Shown here: positions 41,776-50,342 of the stretch, piece after piece
Position numbering within the stretch: the stretch's first letter is position 1
Layout of the letters: each line of letters begins with the position of its first letter
Origin: Alphaproteobacteria bacterium
GTDB lineage: Bacteria > Pseudomonadota > Alphaproteobacteria > TMED109
Assembly (NCBI GenBank): GCA_022824395.1
Contig: JAJDZX010000037.1
Location: 114,985 to 178,984 of the forward strand
Reading direction: 5' to 3'
Length of the DNA stretch: 64,000 bases
Position numbers and translations under genes: made by a program
Notes under the pieces: model-generated
What the model saw: only the letters and a program-made list of their open reading frames with translations
Told to the model about the DNA's origin: nothing
The model's database searches: none

Positions 41776-41955
41776 CGATCGCTTCCTCACATGGCTGTCG
41801 CTGCCCAATCCTACCCTAGTTGGTCGGATCGGGCCGTGGGGTGCGGTACTCGCCGGCCGCCGGCGCTCCATCTGCTGCCCCGTGTGCCCGATTTTGGAAT
41901 TCTCGGACCAAATGCGCAGAATGGGGCTCGTCATGGCAGCTGCCGGGAGATCGCC

Positions 41956-42642
41956 ATGCCTATGGACCCGCCCATGGTGCTAGGTCCTGAGCAACCGTGG
42001 AAACGGTTGCTCGCCATGATCGCGTTCGGAGCGGTCGGCTATGTCCTGCTTCCCCTGCTGCTGCTGCTCGCCGTGACGCAGTTCGGGTTCCATCTCTGGG
42101 GTAGCCAACGCAATCCACGAGTCGCGCAACTCGCCGACGCGATCAAGGCGCTGCTCGGGTCGATTCTCGATTTCCTGCTCTATCGGACGGACCTTCTTCC
42201 GTACCCGTTCAGTTCACTTCCGGCCGAATCGGTGTGGCCGGGGAACCCGTCAGGTGCGCCGCCTGCCGACCATCTTCACGACGTTCCACCAGCTCTGGAG
42301 AACTGGCGCGAGTGTCTCCTTCATCTCGGGCGATGTGGCGCCGGAGACCCCACCGACATCACTATCGCCCACGCGATCCGGACCGACGATGCGGAGATCC
42401 TGGTCGGCGTGGGCATTCGGCTGTGGTCTCTGGAAGGCGAAGCCCACGTGGCGTTCGCCGCCCGCAATCCCGCACTTGGCATGCTGTTCACCGGCACTCG
42501 CTGGCAAGGTCGAGCATGGCTCTCCGCCCTCAAAGAGGCGCCGGGTACCGTGAGTCGGCGGATCAGGATCCAACCGGACGCGAACCCGCGACACGCGCTT
42601 CTTCTTCCCCTTCGACTGGTCCTGGACGCGTTCGACGCCTAA
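41956..42642 (+). CDS. Hypothetical membrane protein, N-terminal DUF4389-like region plus unknown C-terminal domain
   Basis: This is the tail of track ORF 40783..42642; the upstream part is antisense shadow of the FAD oxidase. The start is the ATG at 41956, MPMDPPMVLGPEQPWKRLLAMIAFGAVGYVLLPLLLLLAVTQFGFHLWG..LLPYPF. The family assignment is from memory only. Confidence 0.55.
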   Translation: MPMDPPMVLGPEQPWKRLLAMIAFGAVGYVLLPLLLLLAVTQFGFHLWGSQRNPRVAQLADAIKALLGSILDFLLYRTDLLPYPFSSLPAESVWPGNPSGAPPADHLHDVPPALENWRECLLHLGRCGAGDPTDITIAHAIRTDDAEILVGVGIRLWSLEGEAHVAFAARNPALGMLFTGTRWQGRAWLSALKEAPGTVSRRIRIQPDANPRHALLLPLRLVLDAFDA

Positions 42643-42783
42643 GGAAGAAGTCCAGCGAAAAAGGCAACCCAAGGAGCATTCAAAGAACATATTGCGGACG
42701 GTCGGTCACGGAATTAGGCTCAAGCTGTTGCCGGCCAAGACCCGGACTGACGGGCTGGCTGCGCAATTCCTTGGGAGGACAAT

Positions 42784-44568
42784 ATGCAAATTCTAACCCG
42801 CGTGGCTACGGCCGTTTCGGCCGCGGCCTCTGTAGCGTTGGCGTCTGCGCTGTTTGTGTCGTCGGCTAGCGCGATGGATCACGGAAACGAGATCGTCAAC
42901 TGCGCTGATGAAAACTGGTGCGCCTATCACCGCACCGTCGACAAGGCTTGGCGCTATTCGCCCCTCGACGAGATTAACAAGGAAACCGTTGGCGACCTCG
43001 GTGTCGCGTGGCTGTTCCAACCGGGCGGAGCCGATGTCGGCGCCGGCGGCCTGCAAAGCACTCCGCTTGTTTTGGACGGGGCAATGTACGTTGCGTACAA
43101 CCCTTCGTCCGTGATGAAGCTGGACGCGGAAACCGGTGCGCGGCTCTGGGCGTACGTGCCCGAGATGAACGAGGCCGTTGTGGCCCGTTCGTTCTTCTCG
43201 CACACACGCGGCCTCGCTGTGGGTGGCGGACGCGTCTACATGGGGCTCGCTGACGGGCGGATCGTCGCGCTGAACCAGGAAGACGGCTCCGTCATGTGGG
43301 ACCAGGCGATTGTCGATTCGGCGAAGATCACGGCGGGCTTCAGCGGTGCCGCTACCTACGTCAGGGATGACCTGATGATCATCGGCCAGAACGGCGGCGA
43401 ATACCCCGTGGAGGGCCGGATCTTTGGGATCAACCCGCAGGACGGGTCAGTCGTTTGGACGTTCTACACGACCGGACGCGGCGACGAAGCAGCTCTCGCC
43501 ACATGGGGAGGCGACTCGTGGCTGTACGGCGGCGGCGGCTCTTGGCAGCCCGGTACCGTCGACTTCGACAATAGTCAGATCATCATCGGCACCGGTAACC
43601 CGAACCCGGATTATGACTACTGTGGCGCCGATTGTCGCAACCCGAACGCGGACGCGCACAGGCCTGGCGACAACCTCTACACGTCGTCGACCGTGGCGCT
43701 TGACCTGGATACCGGCAAGCTGAACTGGTACTTCCAGGAAGCCCCGAGTGACCCGTACGACTACGACGCCTCGCCGGGCGAGTACGTGATCTTCGAGGCG
43801 GACGGCCGTCGGATGGTGTTGCACCCGGGCAAGAGCGGGTTCAACCACGTGCACGACGCTGCGAGCGGCCAGCCGTTGGCAGTCTACTCCGCGATGAACC
43901 ATCAGAACTGGACGTCGGGATTCAACCTTGAAACGGGTGAATTCGAGAACATGCTGTGGCCCGTGGCCGGCGAGAAGACCCTGGTCTGTCCCGCCATTGA
44001 CGGCGGTCACAGCTGGAACGCCGGTGCGTTTGACCCCGGAACTGGTGCGCACATCCGGGTTGTCCAGGAATGGTGCATGTGGCTGACCATCGCCCACAAG
44101 GACGGCTCTGGTCCGATTTCCGCCGGTGAGGCCACGCGGATCACCGAGCCCTACGCGCAGGTCTACATGGCAGCGGAATGGATTCAGGCTGATCCCGAAG
44201 CCGACAAGGCGCATGGTCGCTTGGTGGCCCGGATGCCGCTCTCGGGCGAGATCCTGTGGGAACGCCGCTACGACATCATTCCGCACTCGGCCCTCATGAC
44301 GACGGCAGGCGGGTTGGTGTTCAACGCAGCCTATGACGGCAACCTGGAAGCGATTGATTCGGCCTCCGGTGACGTTCTGTGGACGTTCAACCTTGGATCG
44401 GGCACGAACGGCGGGATCATCTCGTACGGTGTCGGCGGCAAGCAGTACGTCGCGGTAGCGACGGGCCACGGCTCCTACGTGGGACTTGGCATGCTTGCGG
44501 GTGCCTTTGCCGGAGAGACGGCCGACTACCGGCGTAGCGCTCTCCTGGTCGCCTTCACCCTCAACTAG
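42784..44568 (+). CDS. PQQ-dependent dehydrogenase-like 8-bladed beta-propeller (methanol/ethanol family, divergent)
   Basis: 594 aa with signal peptide ..ALFVSSASA. Contains WRYSPLDEINKETV..STPLVLDGAMYV..GGEYPVEGRIFG..GGGGSWQPG..GTGNPNP..RPGDNLYTSSTVALDLDTGKLNWYFQ..DPYDYD..LWTFNLGSG. There is a GGGAGGA RBS. GC is lower than the flanks, by eye. Confidence 0.8.
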   Translation: MQILTRVATAVSAAASVALASALFVSSASAMDHGNEIVNCADENWCAYHRTVDKAWRYSPLDEINKETVGDLGVAWLFQPGGADVGAGGLQSTPLVLDGAMYVAYNPSSVMKLDAETGARLWAYVPEMNEAVVARSFFSHTRGLAVGGGRVYMGLADGRIVALNQEDGSVMWDQAIVDSAKITAGFSGAATYVRDDLMIIGQNGGEYPVEGRIFGINPQDGSVVWTFYTTGRGDEAALATWGGDSWLYGGGGSWQPGTVDFDNSQIIIGTGNPNPDYDYCGADCRNPNADAHRPGDNLYTSSTVALDLDTGKLNWYFQEAPSDPYDYDASPGEYVIFEADGRRMVLHPGKSGFNHVHDAASGQPLAVYSAMNHQNWTSGFNLETGEFENMLWPVAGEKTLVCPAIDGGHSWNAGAFDPGTGAHIRVVQEWCMWLTIAHKDGSGPISAGEATRITEPYAQVYMAAEWIQADPEADKAHGRLVARMPLSGEILWERRYDIIPHSALMTTAGGLVFNAAYDGNLEAIDSASGDVLWTFNLGSGTNGGIISYGVGGKQYVAVATGHGSYVGLGMLAGAFAGETADYRRSALLVAFTLN

Positions 44569-44674
44569 GGCGATCTAATCTCAAGCGGGTGGCGGGCTCC
44601 CAGCCCGCCACCCGTCCTTGTTGTTCCGTCTTGCTCGCGATCCGTTGCGCTCCATCTGCCTGGCTGCACCGCCC

Positions 44675-45079
44675 ATGAAGTTCTCGCTTGTCCTCTCTCT
44701 TGCCCTCGTGACCGGGGCGCTCGTCGGCCTCGTCCCCCCGGGATGGGCCGCCAACGACGAGGTTCCCGATCCCGTGGAGATTGAATCCGGCAACCCTCTT
44801 TCGGGAGATCCCGAAGCCATTGACGCGGGAGCACATCTGTACGGGCGCTGGTGCGTACAGTGCCACGGCTTCAAGGCGGACGGCGTATCGCCCCGCTGGG
44901 GGAAATGGGCCTTTGACCTGCGGAAATGGTTCTGGGGATACGAGAAATTCATCGAGGTGGTGGCGGTCGGGAAACTCCCGAAGATGCCGCCGTTCGGGGA
45001 ATATCTCGATTTCGACCAGATCAGCCAGATCGGTGCCTTTCTCGAGACGCTGGCATTTGAGGAGGCGAACTGGAAATGA
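44675..45079 (+). CDS. Periplasmic mono-haem c-type cytochrome
   Basis: ORF 44618..45079. The start is set at MKFSLVLSLALVTGALVG, a signal peptide. It has a single CVQCH haem-binding motif and a distal ..KMPPFG.. Met. Confidence 0.8.
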   Translation: MKFSLVLSLALVTGALVGLVPPGWAANDEVPDPVEIESGNPLSGDPEAIDAGAHLYGRWCVQCHGFKADGVSPRWGKWAFDLRKWFWGYEKFIEVVAVGKLPKMPPFGEYLDFDQISQIGAFLETLAFEEANWK

Positions 45080-45474
45080 CCGCACTACGTTTGTTGGGAT
45101 GCGTCCTCCTGCTGCTCATCGCATCGCAGGCGTCCGCCAGGAACACTTTTGAAAACAACTTCACTTTCTCCAAACCGACCTGGATCTGCAAAACGCCAGA
45201 AGCCTTTCGAAGCCTGGAGGCCCGACTGGCGGAAACGGACACGCCGGGCGATCTGCCCTGTGCATACATCACGTTTGACGATATTGAGGACATTCTGGCG
45301 CCGTGGATCGTGATCGTCAGCGAGGAGAACGAACTCGTTGAAGTGCACTTCCTGGTCGAGCGCTATCGGCGGCTTCGGCCTCCAGATGTGCCTCGCCGCG
45401 GCGGCCACGTCACGCGCCTCGAATACATTGGCTGGACCAAGCGCGAGTCGCTGGAGAACATGACCACGTTCTGA
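45076..45474 (+). CDS. Hypothetical small secreted protein
   Basis: 132 aa with signal peptide MTALRLLGCVLLLLIASQASA and an ATGA overlap with the cytochrome c stop. I recognise no motif. GC is lower than the flanks. Confidence 0.6.
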   Translation: MTALRLLGCVLLLLIASQASARNTFENNFTFSKPTWICKTPEAFRSLEARLAETDTPGDLPCAYITFDDIEDILAPWIVIVSEENELVEVHFLVERYRRLRPPDVPRRGGHVTRLEYIGWTKRESLENMTTF

Positions 45475-45475
45475 T

Positions 45476-46321
45476 CTACCAGATCGGAACGTCGCTCCCC
45501 TCCCGCATCCGGGCTTCCCGACCGGAGGCCCGCTGGGACTGTTTGCCGGGCTGCCCCTGTACCATCTCGATCAGTTCCTCCGCTTCCTGGGCAGTCATTT
45601 CGCGGGCGGTCGCGCTCGTAAGGTCGATTTTTTGCGCCTCGTCGGCACCGGTCGCCTGACCTGCCTTCCGGCCACCTTCCCCTGGATCGCCTCCCTGCCG
45701 GGCCCTTGACGGGCCCTCATTCGCCTGCGGCTGCGCGGCCGTGACGTCGCCAGGATCCCACCCTTCCGGCGTTTCGACACCCTGATCGGTGCGGGCCTCC
45801 CCCTCGTCCATGCCTTCGCTGCCGGCGGTCACCAGCAGCCGCCGGGCGAGTTCGTCCTGCAGGCGCAGCGCCAGTTCCAGGTTGTAGGCGGCGTCTTCGA
45901 GGTTGGGGTCAATCGTCAGCGCGTCCCGGTACTGCTCAATGGCCTCCTGCAGGTACGGATCCCCGTTGACGAAGCTCATCACAGCGTTCACCGTCTGCCG
46001 ATATCGCACCGAGCCGAGGTTGTAGTGCACCAGGGCCCGCAGCTCCGCCGGAGCGGTTTCGAGGGCCAGGGTGAAGTATTGGTCTGCTGCCGCGTTGTCA
46101 TGCGCCGCGAATGCGGCCACGCCACGTCCGAACAGGGTTTCGGGAGTCTCCCCCCCGGCCCGTTCGGCCGCCTCGAACCGTTCCAGTGCCGCGCCGAAGT
46201 CGCCTTCTGCATACGCCTGGATGCCCAGATCCATCTCCTGGCGCGCCAGATCCGACTCCCCGCAACCGGTCAGTGCTAGCAGGCCCACGAAGGCGCTCCA
46301 GCGGAGCGAGCAACGTATCAT
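45476..46321 (-). CDS. TPR-repeat lipoprotein (BatC-like) with acidic/Gly-rich C-terminal half
   Basis: 281 aa. It has a lipobox LLALTGC and TPR-like stretches (GIQAYAEGDFGAALERFE.., AIEQYRDALTIDPNLEDAAYNLELAL). It is the last gene of the MoxR operon and overlaps the upstream gene by 4 nt. Confidence 0.75.
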   Translation of the reverse strand: MIRCSLRWSAFVGLLALTGCGESDLARQEMDLGIQAYAEGDFGAALERFEAAERAGGETPETLFGRGVAAFAAHDNAAADQYFTLALETAPAELRALVHYNLGSVRYRQTVNAVMSFVNGDPYLQEAIEQYRDALTIDPNLEDAAYNLELALRLQDELARRLLVTAGSEGMDEGEARTDQGVETPEGWDPGDVTAAQPQANEGPSRARQGGDPGEGGRKAGQATGADEAQKIDLTSATAREMTAQEAEELIEMVQGQPGKQSQRASGREARMREGSDVPIW

Positions 46322-47313
46322 CGCGCACGTCCCCAGATGGCCCCACCCACCAGCAGGATCAACGCCGGCAGGGCCAGCCAGTGATACAGCGGTCGGCGCC
46401 TTTCCTCCCTGCCTTCGGCCGGAAAGGCCCGCGTGGAGGCGCTGTTGATGGCCGCGAACACATCGCCGACGCAGTCGGCCTGGTGAAGAGCGCAGAACAC
46501 CCCGCCGCTGAAGGCGGCAAGATCGCGCATGCTCGCGTGGTCAGCCCGGCTCTGAACGGGTTCGTCCTGGTACAGCAGTGGGGCGTCGGCTCCGTCAGCG
46601 CTCGGAATGCGGACCGGCGCCGGAAGGTGCGGGATGCCCACTGCCAGTACGTGCACGGTCACTCCCGTGCCACGCAGCTTCCGGCCGGCGGTCCGGAGCG
46701 CCGTGCCGTGATCCTCCCCGTCCGAGACCAGGACCACGTCCGTGAAGGCCTCGCTGCCGGTCTCAACGCTGCCCAGCGCCGCCGCCAAGCCGGTATCGAC
46801 CCGGGTCCCTCGACGCGCAATGTCATGCGGACCCACAGCGTCGAAGCGGATCCGGAACGTCTCGTAGTCGAGTGCCGGCGGTAGCAGCTGGCTCGCTCTG
46901 CCGGCGAAGGCCAGCAGCGAGAGGCGGTGGCCCCCGTGGGCAGCGAGCAGGTCTACCAGCCGTTCGACGGCGGCTCGCCCTGCATCCGACCGCGAAACAC
47001 CGTCGTGATCGCGGGCGTACATGCTGAGCGACACGTCCAGCACCACCAGGACGTCTCGACCCTCGCGCGACGCGACTCCCTCCTCGAATCCACCGAGCGG
47101 CCGGGCGAGGGCGAGGCCCAGCAGCGCGACGGCGACGGCGACCGACCACATAGCCCGTCGCCGAGCCACGACCAGGGCCGACAGATGACCCGACCCCGGA
47201 TGGAAGGCGGCGACTGCCCGCGCCCGCGCCCGCGCCGCATGGGCGTGCAGCAACAGGATGGTTGCAGCCGCAAGCGGTGCGATGCCAAGCAGGGAGATGT
47301 ACTCGAACTCCAT
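46318..47313 (-). CDS. VWA-domain membrane protein (BatB-like)
   Basis: 331 aa. It has two N-terminal TMs, the MIDAS motif VVLDVSLSM, a C-terminal TM, and VLVSDGEDHG. Confidence 0.82.
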   Translation of the reverse strand: MEFEYISLLGIAPLAAATILLLHAHAARARARAVAAFHPGSGHLSALVVARRRAMWSVAVAVALLGLALARPLGGFEEGVASREGRDVLVVLDVSLSMYARDHDGVSRSDAGRAAVERLVDLLAAHGGHRLSLLAFAGRASQLLPPALDYETFRIRFDAVGPHDIARRGTRVDTGLAAALGSVETGSEAFTDVVLVSDGEDHGTALRTAGRKLRGTGVTVHVLAVGIPHLPAPVRIPSADGADAPLLYQDEPVQSRADHASMRDLAAFSGGVFCALHQADCVGDVFAAINSASTRAFPAEGREERRRPLYHWLALPALILLVGGAIWGRAR

Positions 47314-47322
47314 GGTGCGTCC

Positions 47323-48354
47323 CTACGGGGCAACGCGCAGTGCGGTGGCGTCCAGGCCCGCACGCAGCAACACCAGAATCATGGCCAATGCCAGGAACCA
47401 GGGATAGAAATCGACTCGCCGCTGATAATGGCGAGCCACGTTCCGGCCCTTTTCCAGCTGGTCTATCTCTTCGTAGACCGCCAGGAGACCCTCTGCATCC
47501 GTCGCGCGGTAGTAGCGGCCGCCGGTGGCCTCGGCCACCCTGGTGAGAGTGAATTCGTCGATGAAGACCTGCACCATGCGGGTCTCGGAACTTCCCGGAC
47601 GGACCGGCATGGCGACCCGGCCCTGGCTTCCCGCACCGATCGCATAGATGCGCACGCCAAGCGCCCGCGCCGCTTCCGCCGCCACCATCGGCTCGACGGT
47701 CCCGGCATTGTGGCTTCCGTCGGTCAGCAGAATGACAACCGAGCTCGCGTGTTCGCCGCCGGCCAGCGAATCGAGACCGGACAGGATCGCGTCACCGATC
47801 GCCGTACCGTCCTCTTCGGGCAGATGCACGGGCCGCAGCGACGCACTCAGTTGCAGCAACGACTCGTGATCGAGCGTGAGCGGCGTCAGCGTGTCCGCGT
47901 AGCGACCGAACGTCACGAGGGAGACCAGGTCGGATCCGCGGCCGGGCAGGCGGTCTCCCTCGCCGGCGATGAAGTCTCGAAACGTCTCCTTGACCACCTC
48001 CAGCCGGTTTCGGTCCGCTTCACCCTCGCCGCCGAGATCCAGCGCCGACATGCTGCTGGACACGTCGACGACCATCGCAATCGCGATGCCCTCGGTGACC
48101 CGCTCCGTCACCTCGAAGCCAACCTGCGGTCGCGCCAGGGCCACGATCAACGCGACACACGCGAGCGAGGAAAGCGCGGGCAGCAACCGAGCGGCCCGGA
48201 CTCGCACCCCCACCGGAGCGCCGCGAAAGCTATCCAGCGATGCAACCCCGACGGCATCTCCGGCCTGGCGGCGGGCCGGTCTCGGCAGCGTGCGGAACGC
48301 CGCAAGCAACGGGAGGGCCAACAGCGTCAGCCACCAGGGCTCGGCGAAGCTCAT
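47323..48354 (-). CDS. VWA-domain membrane protein (BatA-like)
   Basis: ORF 47323..49275. The start is set at MSFAEPWWLTLLALPLL (cat at 48352-48354). Contains the MIDAS motif MVVDVSSSM, ILLTDGSHN, IYAIGAG and a C-terminal TM. Confidence 0.85.
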   Translation of the reverse strand: MSFAEPWWLTLLALPLLAAFRTLPRPARRQAGDAVGVASLDSFRGAPVGVRVRAARLLPALSSLACVALIVALARPQVGFEVTERVTEGIAIAMVVDVSSSMSALDLGGEGEADRNRLEVVKETFRDFIAGEGDRLPGRGSDLVSLVTFGRYADTLTPLTLDHESLLQLSASLRPVHLPEEDGTAIGDAILSGLDSLAGGEHASSVVILLTDGSHNAGTVEPMVAAEAARALGVRIYAIGAGSQGRVAMPVRPGSSETRMVQVFIDEFTLTRVAEATGGRYYRATDAEGLLAVYEEIDQLEKGRNVARHYQRRVDFYPWFLALAMILVLLRAGLDATALRVAP

Positions 48355-49430
48355 GCCGGCCGCTCCGGACTCGCCGACACGAATGCCTCGGCCGCACCAA
48401 GCGCCGTTTCCATGTCCTCTCGCGTCGCTACACGGCCGGCGAATTTCGCAAGGTCGCAAATCGTGAGCGTCTCTTCCGCACGTCGCGCCAGTGCCTCTGC
48501 CAACAATCCTGCCCCATGCGTCACCGCAGGCAGTTGCGAAACCGTCTCTTCCGTGGTGCGGCGCGGCGCCGGCAGTCCCAAGCGCTGGTCGATGTAGGTC
48601 CGCAGCACGGTGGCAAGTTCCAACGGCATCGCCGGAGCCGGACTTCCCTCCCCGGTCAAGCGGTCGCGCAGTCGGGTCAGGGCAGCACGGGCAATGTCCC
48701 CGGCCGGGACCGGCTGGCTTTCGGGCACAGGCTCCGGCGACGGGGCGGCGCGGCGGCGGCGCTGTACGAGGATGGCCGCCCCGGCCAGGGCGGCAAGCCC
48801 CACGGCTCCCGCCACCCAATACCAGACTGCAGGCCGCGTTGCCGGAGGCAACGGCACCGGTGGCAAGATGGACCGGGGGTCCATCGTGTTCGCATCGGGT
48901 GGGACGTGGTCGTATACCACCACGACGAGCGGCGGTGACGTCATCTCGAACCGATCGCCCTGCATCACGCGATTGAAGCCGAGGCGCCGAACCTCGTTGC
49001 ACTCTTCGAATGGGCTCCCGGCCCCGGGCACCGTTACAAACTCCCGGTCCGGACCCCGCTCGCAATCCCCGGGGCGCTGCATGCGTACCAGCTGCACGTA
49101 GGCGGTCATCCCCTCTATCTGGTAGCTTCCGGCCTCGGCCGGGGCCTGCAGCTGGTAGGTCGCGTGCGAACGGCGCCGTTCGGCCACGGGAACGGGTTTC
49201 GCCTGATACCCCTCGATGATCGTGAACGGCCCGATCGAATGAAAGTAGCGGGGGACATGCACCCCCATGTCCCATGGCATGTCCATGTAGATCGACAGCG
49301 TGAATTCCTGGCCGGGGCGTACTGCTTCCGGCTCGGCGGCCAGGCGTATCTCGATATCGTCTTCGATATCACCTGCAGCCGGTGCTGCCATACCGACGAG
49401 AACCGCGACCACGGCCCAGAAACGCGTCAT
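48351..49430 (-). CDS. Hypothetical secreted/membrane protein: N-terminal periplasmic domain, TM, then DUF4381-like C-terminal region
   Basis: 359 aa. It has a signal peptide MTRFWAVVAVLVGMAAPAAG, a central TM AVWYWVAGAVGLAALAGAAILV followed by RRRR, and a helical C-terminus (ARAALTRLRDRL..). It occupies the operon slot where DUF4381 usually sits, as recalled from memory. It overlaps both neighbours by 4 nt. Confidence 0.6.
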   Translation of the reverse strand: MTRFWAVVAVLVGMAAPAAGDIEDDIEIRLAAEPEAVRPGQEFTLSIYMDMPWDMGVHVPRYFHSIGPFTIIEGYQAKPVPVAERRRSHATYQLQAPAEAGSYQIEGMTAYVQLVRMQRPGDCERGPDREFVTVPGAGSPFEECNEVRRLGFNRVMQGDRFEMTSPPLVVVVYDHVPPDANTMDPRSILPPVPLPPATRPAVWYWVAGAVGLAALAGAAILVQRRRRAAPSPEPVPESQPVPAGDIARAALTRLRDRLTGEGSPAPAMPLELATVLRTYIDQRLGLPAPRRTTEETVSQLPAVTHGAGLLAEALARRAEETLTICDLAKFAGRVATREDMETALGAAEAFVSASPERPA

Positions 49431-50338
49431 GCGGAAGCCGTCGCCCGGCTGGCGTCCACTCCGGCCCGCTGCATGAAATATTGAACCAGTGCCTGCACGG
49501 GATCAGCACCACCCATGATTTCAAGCGGTTTGAGCCCAAGCGTTGTGAATACCCGCCAGCGTTCCTCGAGCCGGCGCAGCGCGGCAGCCTCGTAGTGGGC
49601 CCGGACACGCGGATGATCGAAGTCCACCAGCTGCGCTTCACCCGTTTCGAGGTCGCGGATAGCCACCAGGCCCGCCGCGGGCAGGGCGTCGTCCAGCGGA
49701 TCCCGGAAAACGACGGGAATGACGTCGTGACGCAGTGCAAGCGCGCGGAGCGGGCGCTCGAAATCAGGGGCTATGAAGTCAGACAGGACGAACAGGAGCG
49801 AGCGCCGTTTGGCCACGATCCCAAGACGGATCAGCGCCCCCCGGAGGTCGGTGCCGCGCCCTTCCGGGCGGGCGCGCCGCAAACGTTCCTCGAGGAACAC
49901 CGCGTGGCCCTTACCCTTCTGGGGACGAGTCCACGAGTCCACCCGGTCGCTGAACAAGAGCAGGCCGGCCCGGTCATTGTTCCCGATGGTCGCGTACATG
50001 ATCGACGCTGCAGCCGCTCTGGCCATCGCATCCTTGTTCAGTGCGCCGCTTCCACTGCGGAGCGATGCACTGAGGTCGACCGCCACGATCACGGTCAGCT
50101 CGCGCTCCTCGATGTACTGGCGCACGAAGGGCCGGCCGGTCCGCGCCGTGACCTTCCAGTCGATCGTCCGGACATCATCGCCCGGCGCGTATTCCCGGAG
50201 TTCCTCGAACTCCGATCCTCGGCCTTTGAAGACGCTCAGGAACTCGCCGGTAACCGCCCCATCGATGGGACGTTTGGGACGAATCCGGAGGCGTAGTGCC
50301 CCGTGGCCGGAGGCGGCGGGACGGCTGTCCGTATCCAT
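49427..50338 (-). CDS. DUF58-domain protein
   Basis: 303 aa. Contains SVFKGRGSEFEELREYAPGDDVRTIDWKVTARTGRPFVRQY..VAVDLSASL. Confidence 0.88.
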   Translation of the reverse strand: MDTDSRPAASGHGALRLRIRPKRPIDGAVTGEFLSVFKGRGSEFEELREYAPGDDVRTIDWKVTARTGRPFVRQYIEERELTVIVAVDLSASLRSGSGALNKDAMARAAAASIMYATIGNNDRAGLLLFSDRVDSWTRPQKGKGHAVFLEERLRRARPEGRGTDLRGALIRLGIVAKRRSLLFVLSDFIAPDFERPLRALALRHDVIPVVFRDPLDDALPAAGLVAIRDLETGEAQLVDFDHPRVRAHYEAAALRRLEERWRVFTTLGLKPLEIMGGADPVQALVQYFMQRAGVDASRATASA

Positions 50339-50342
50339 CCCG

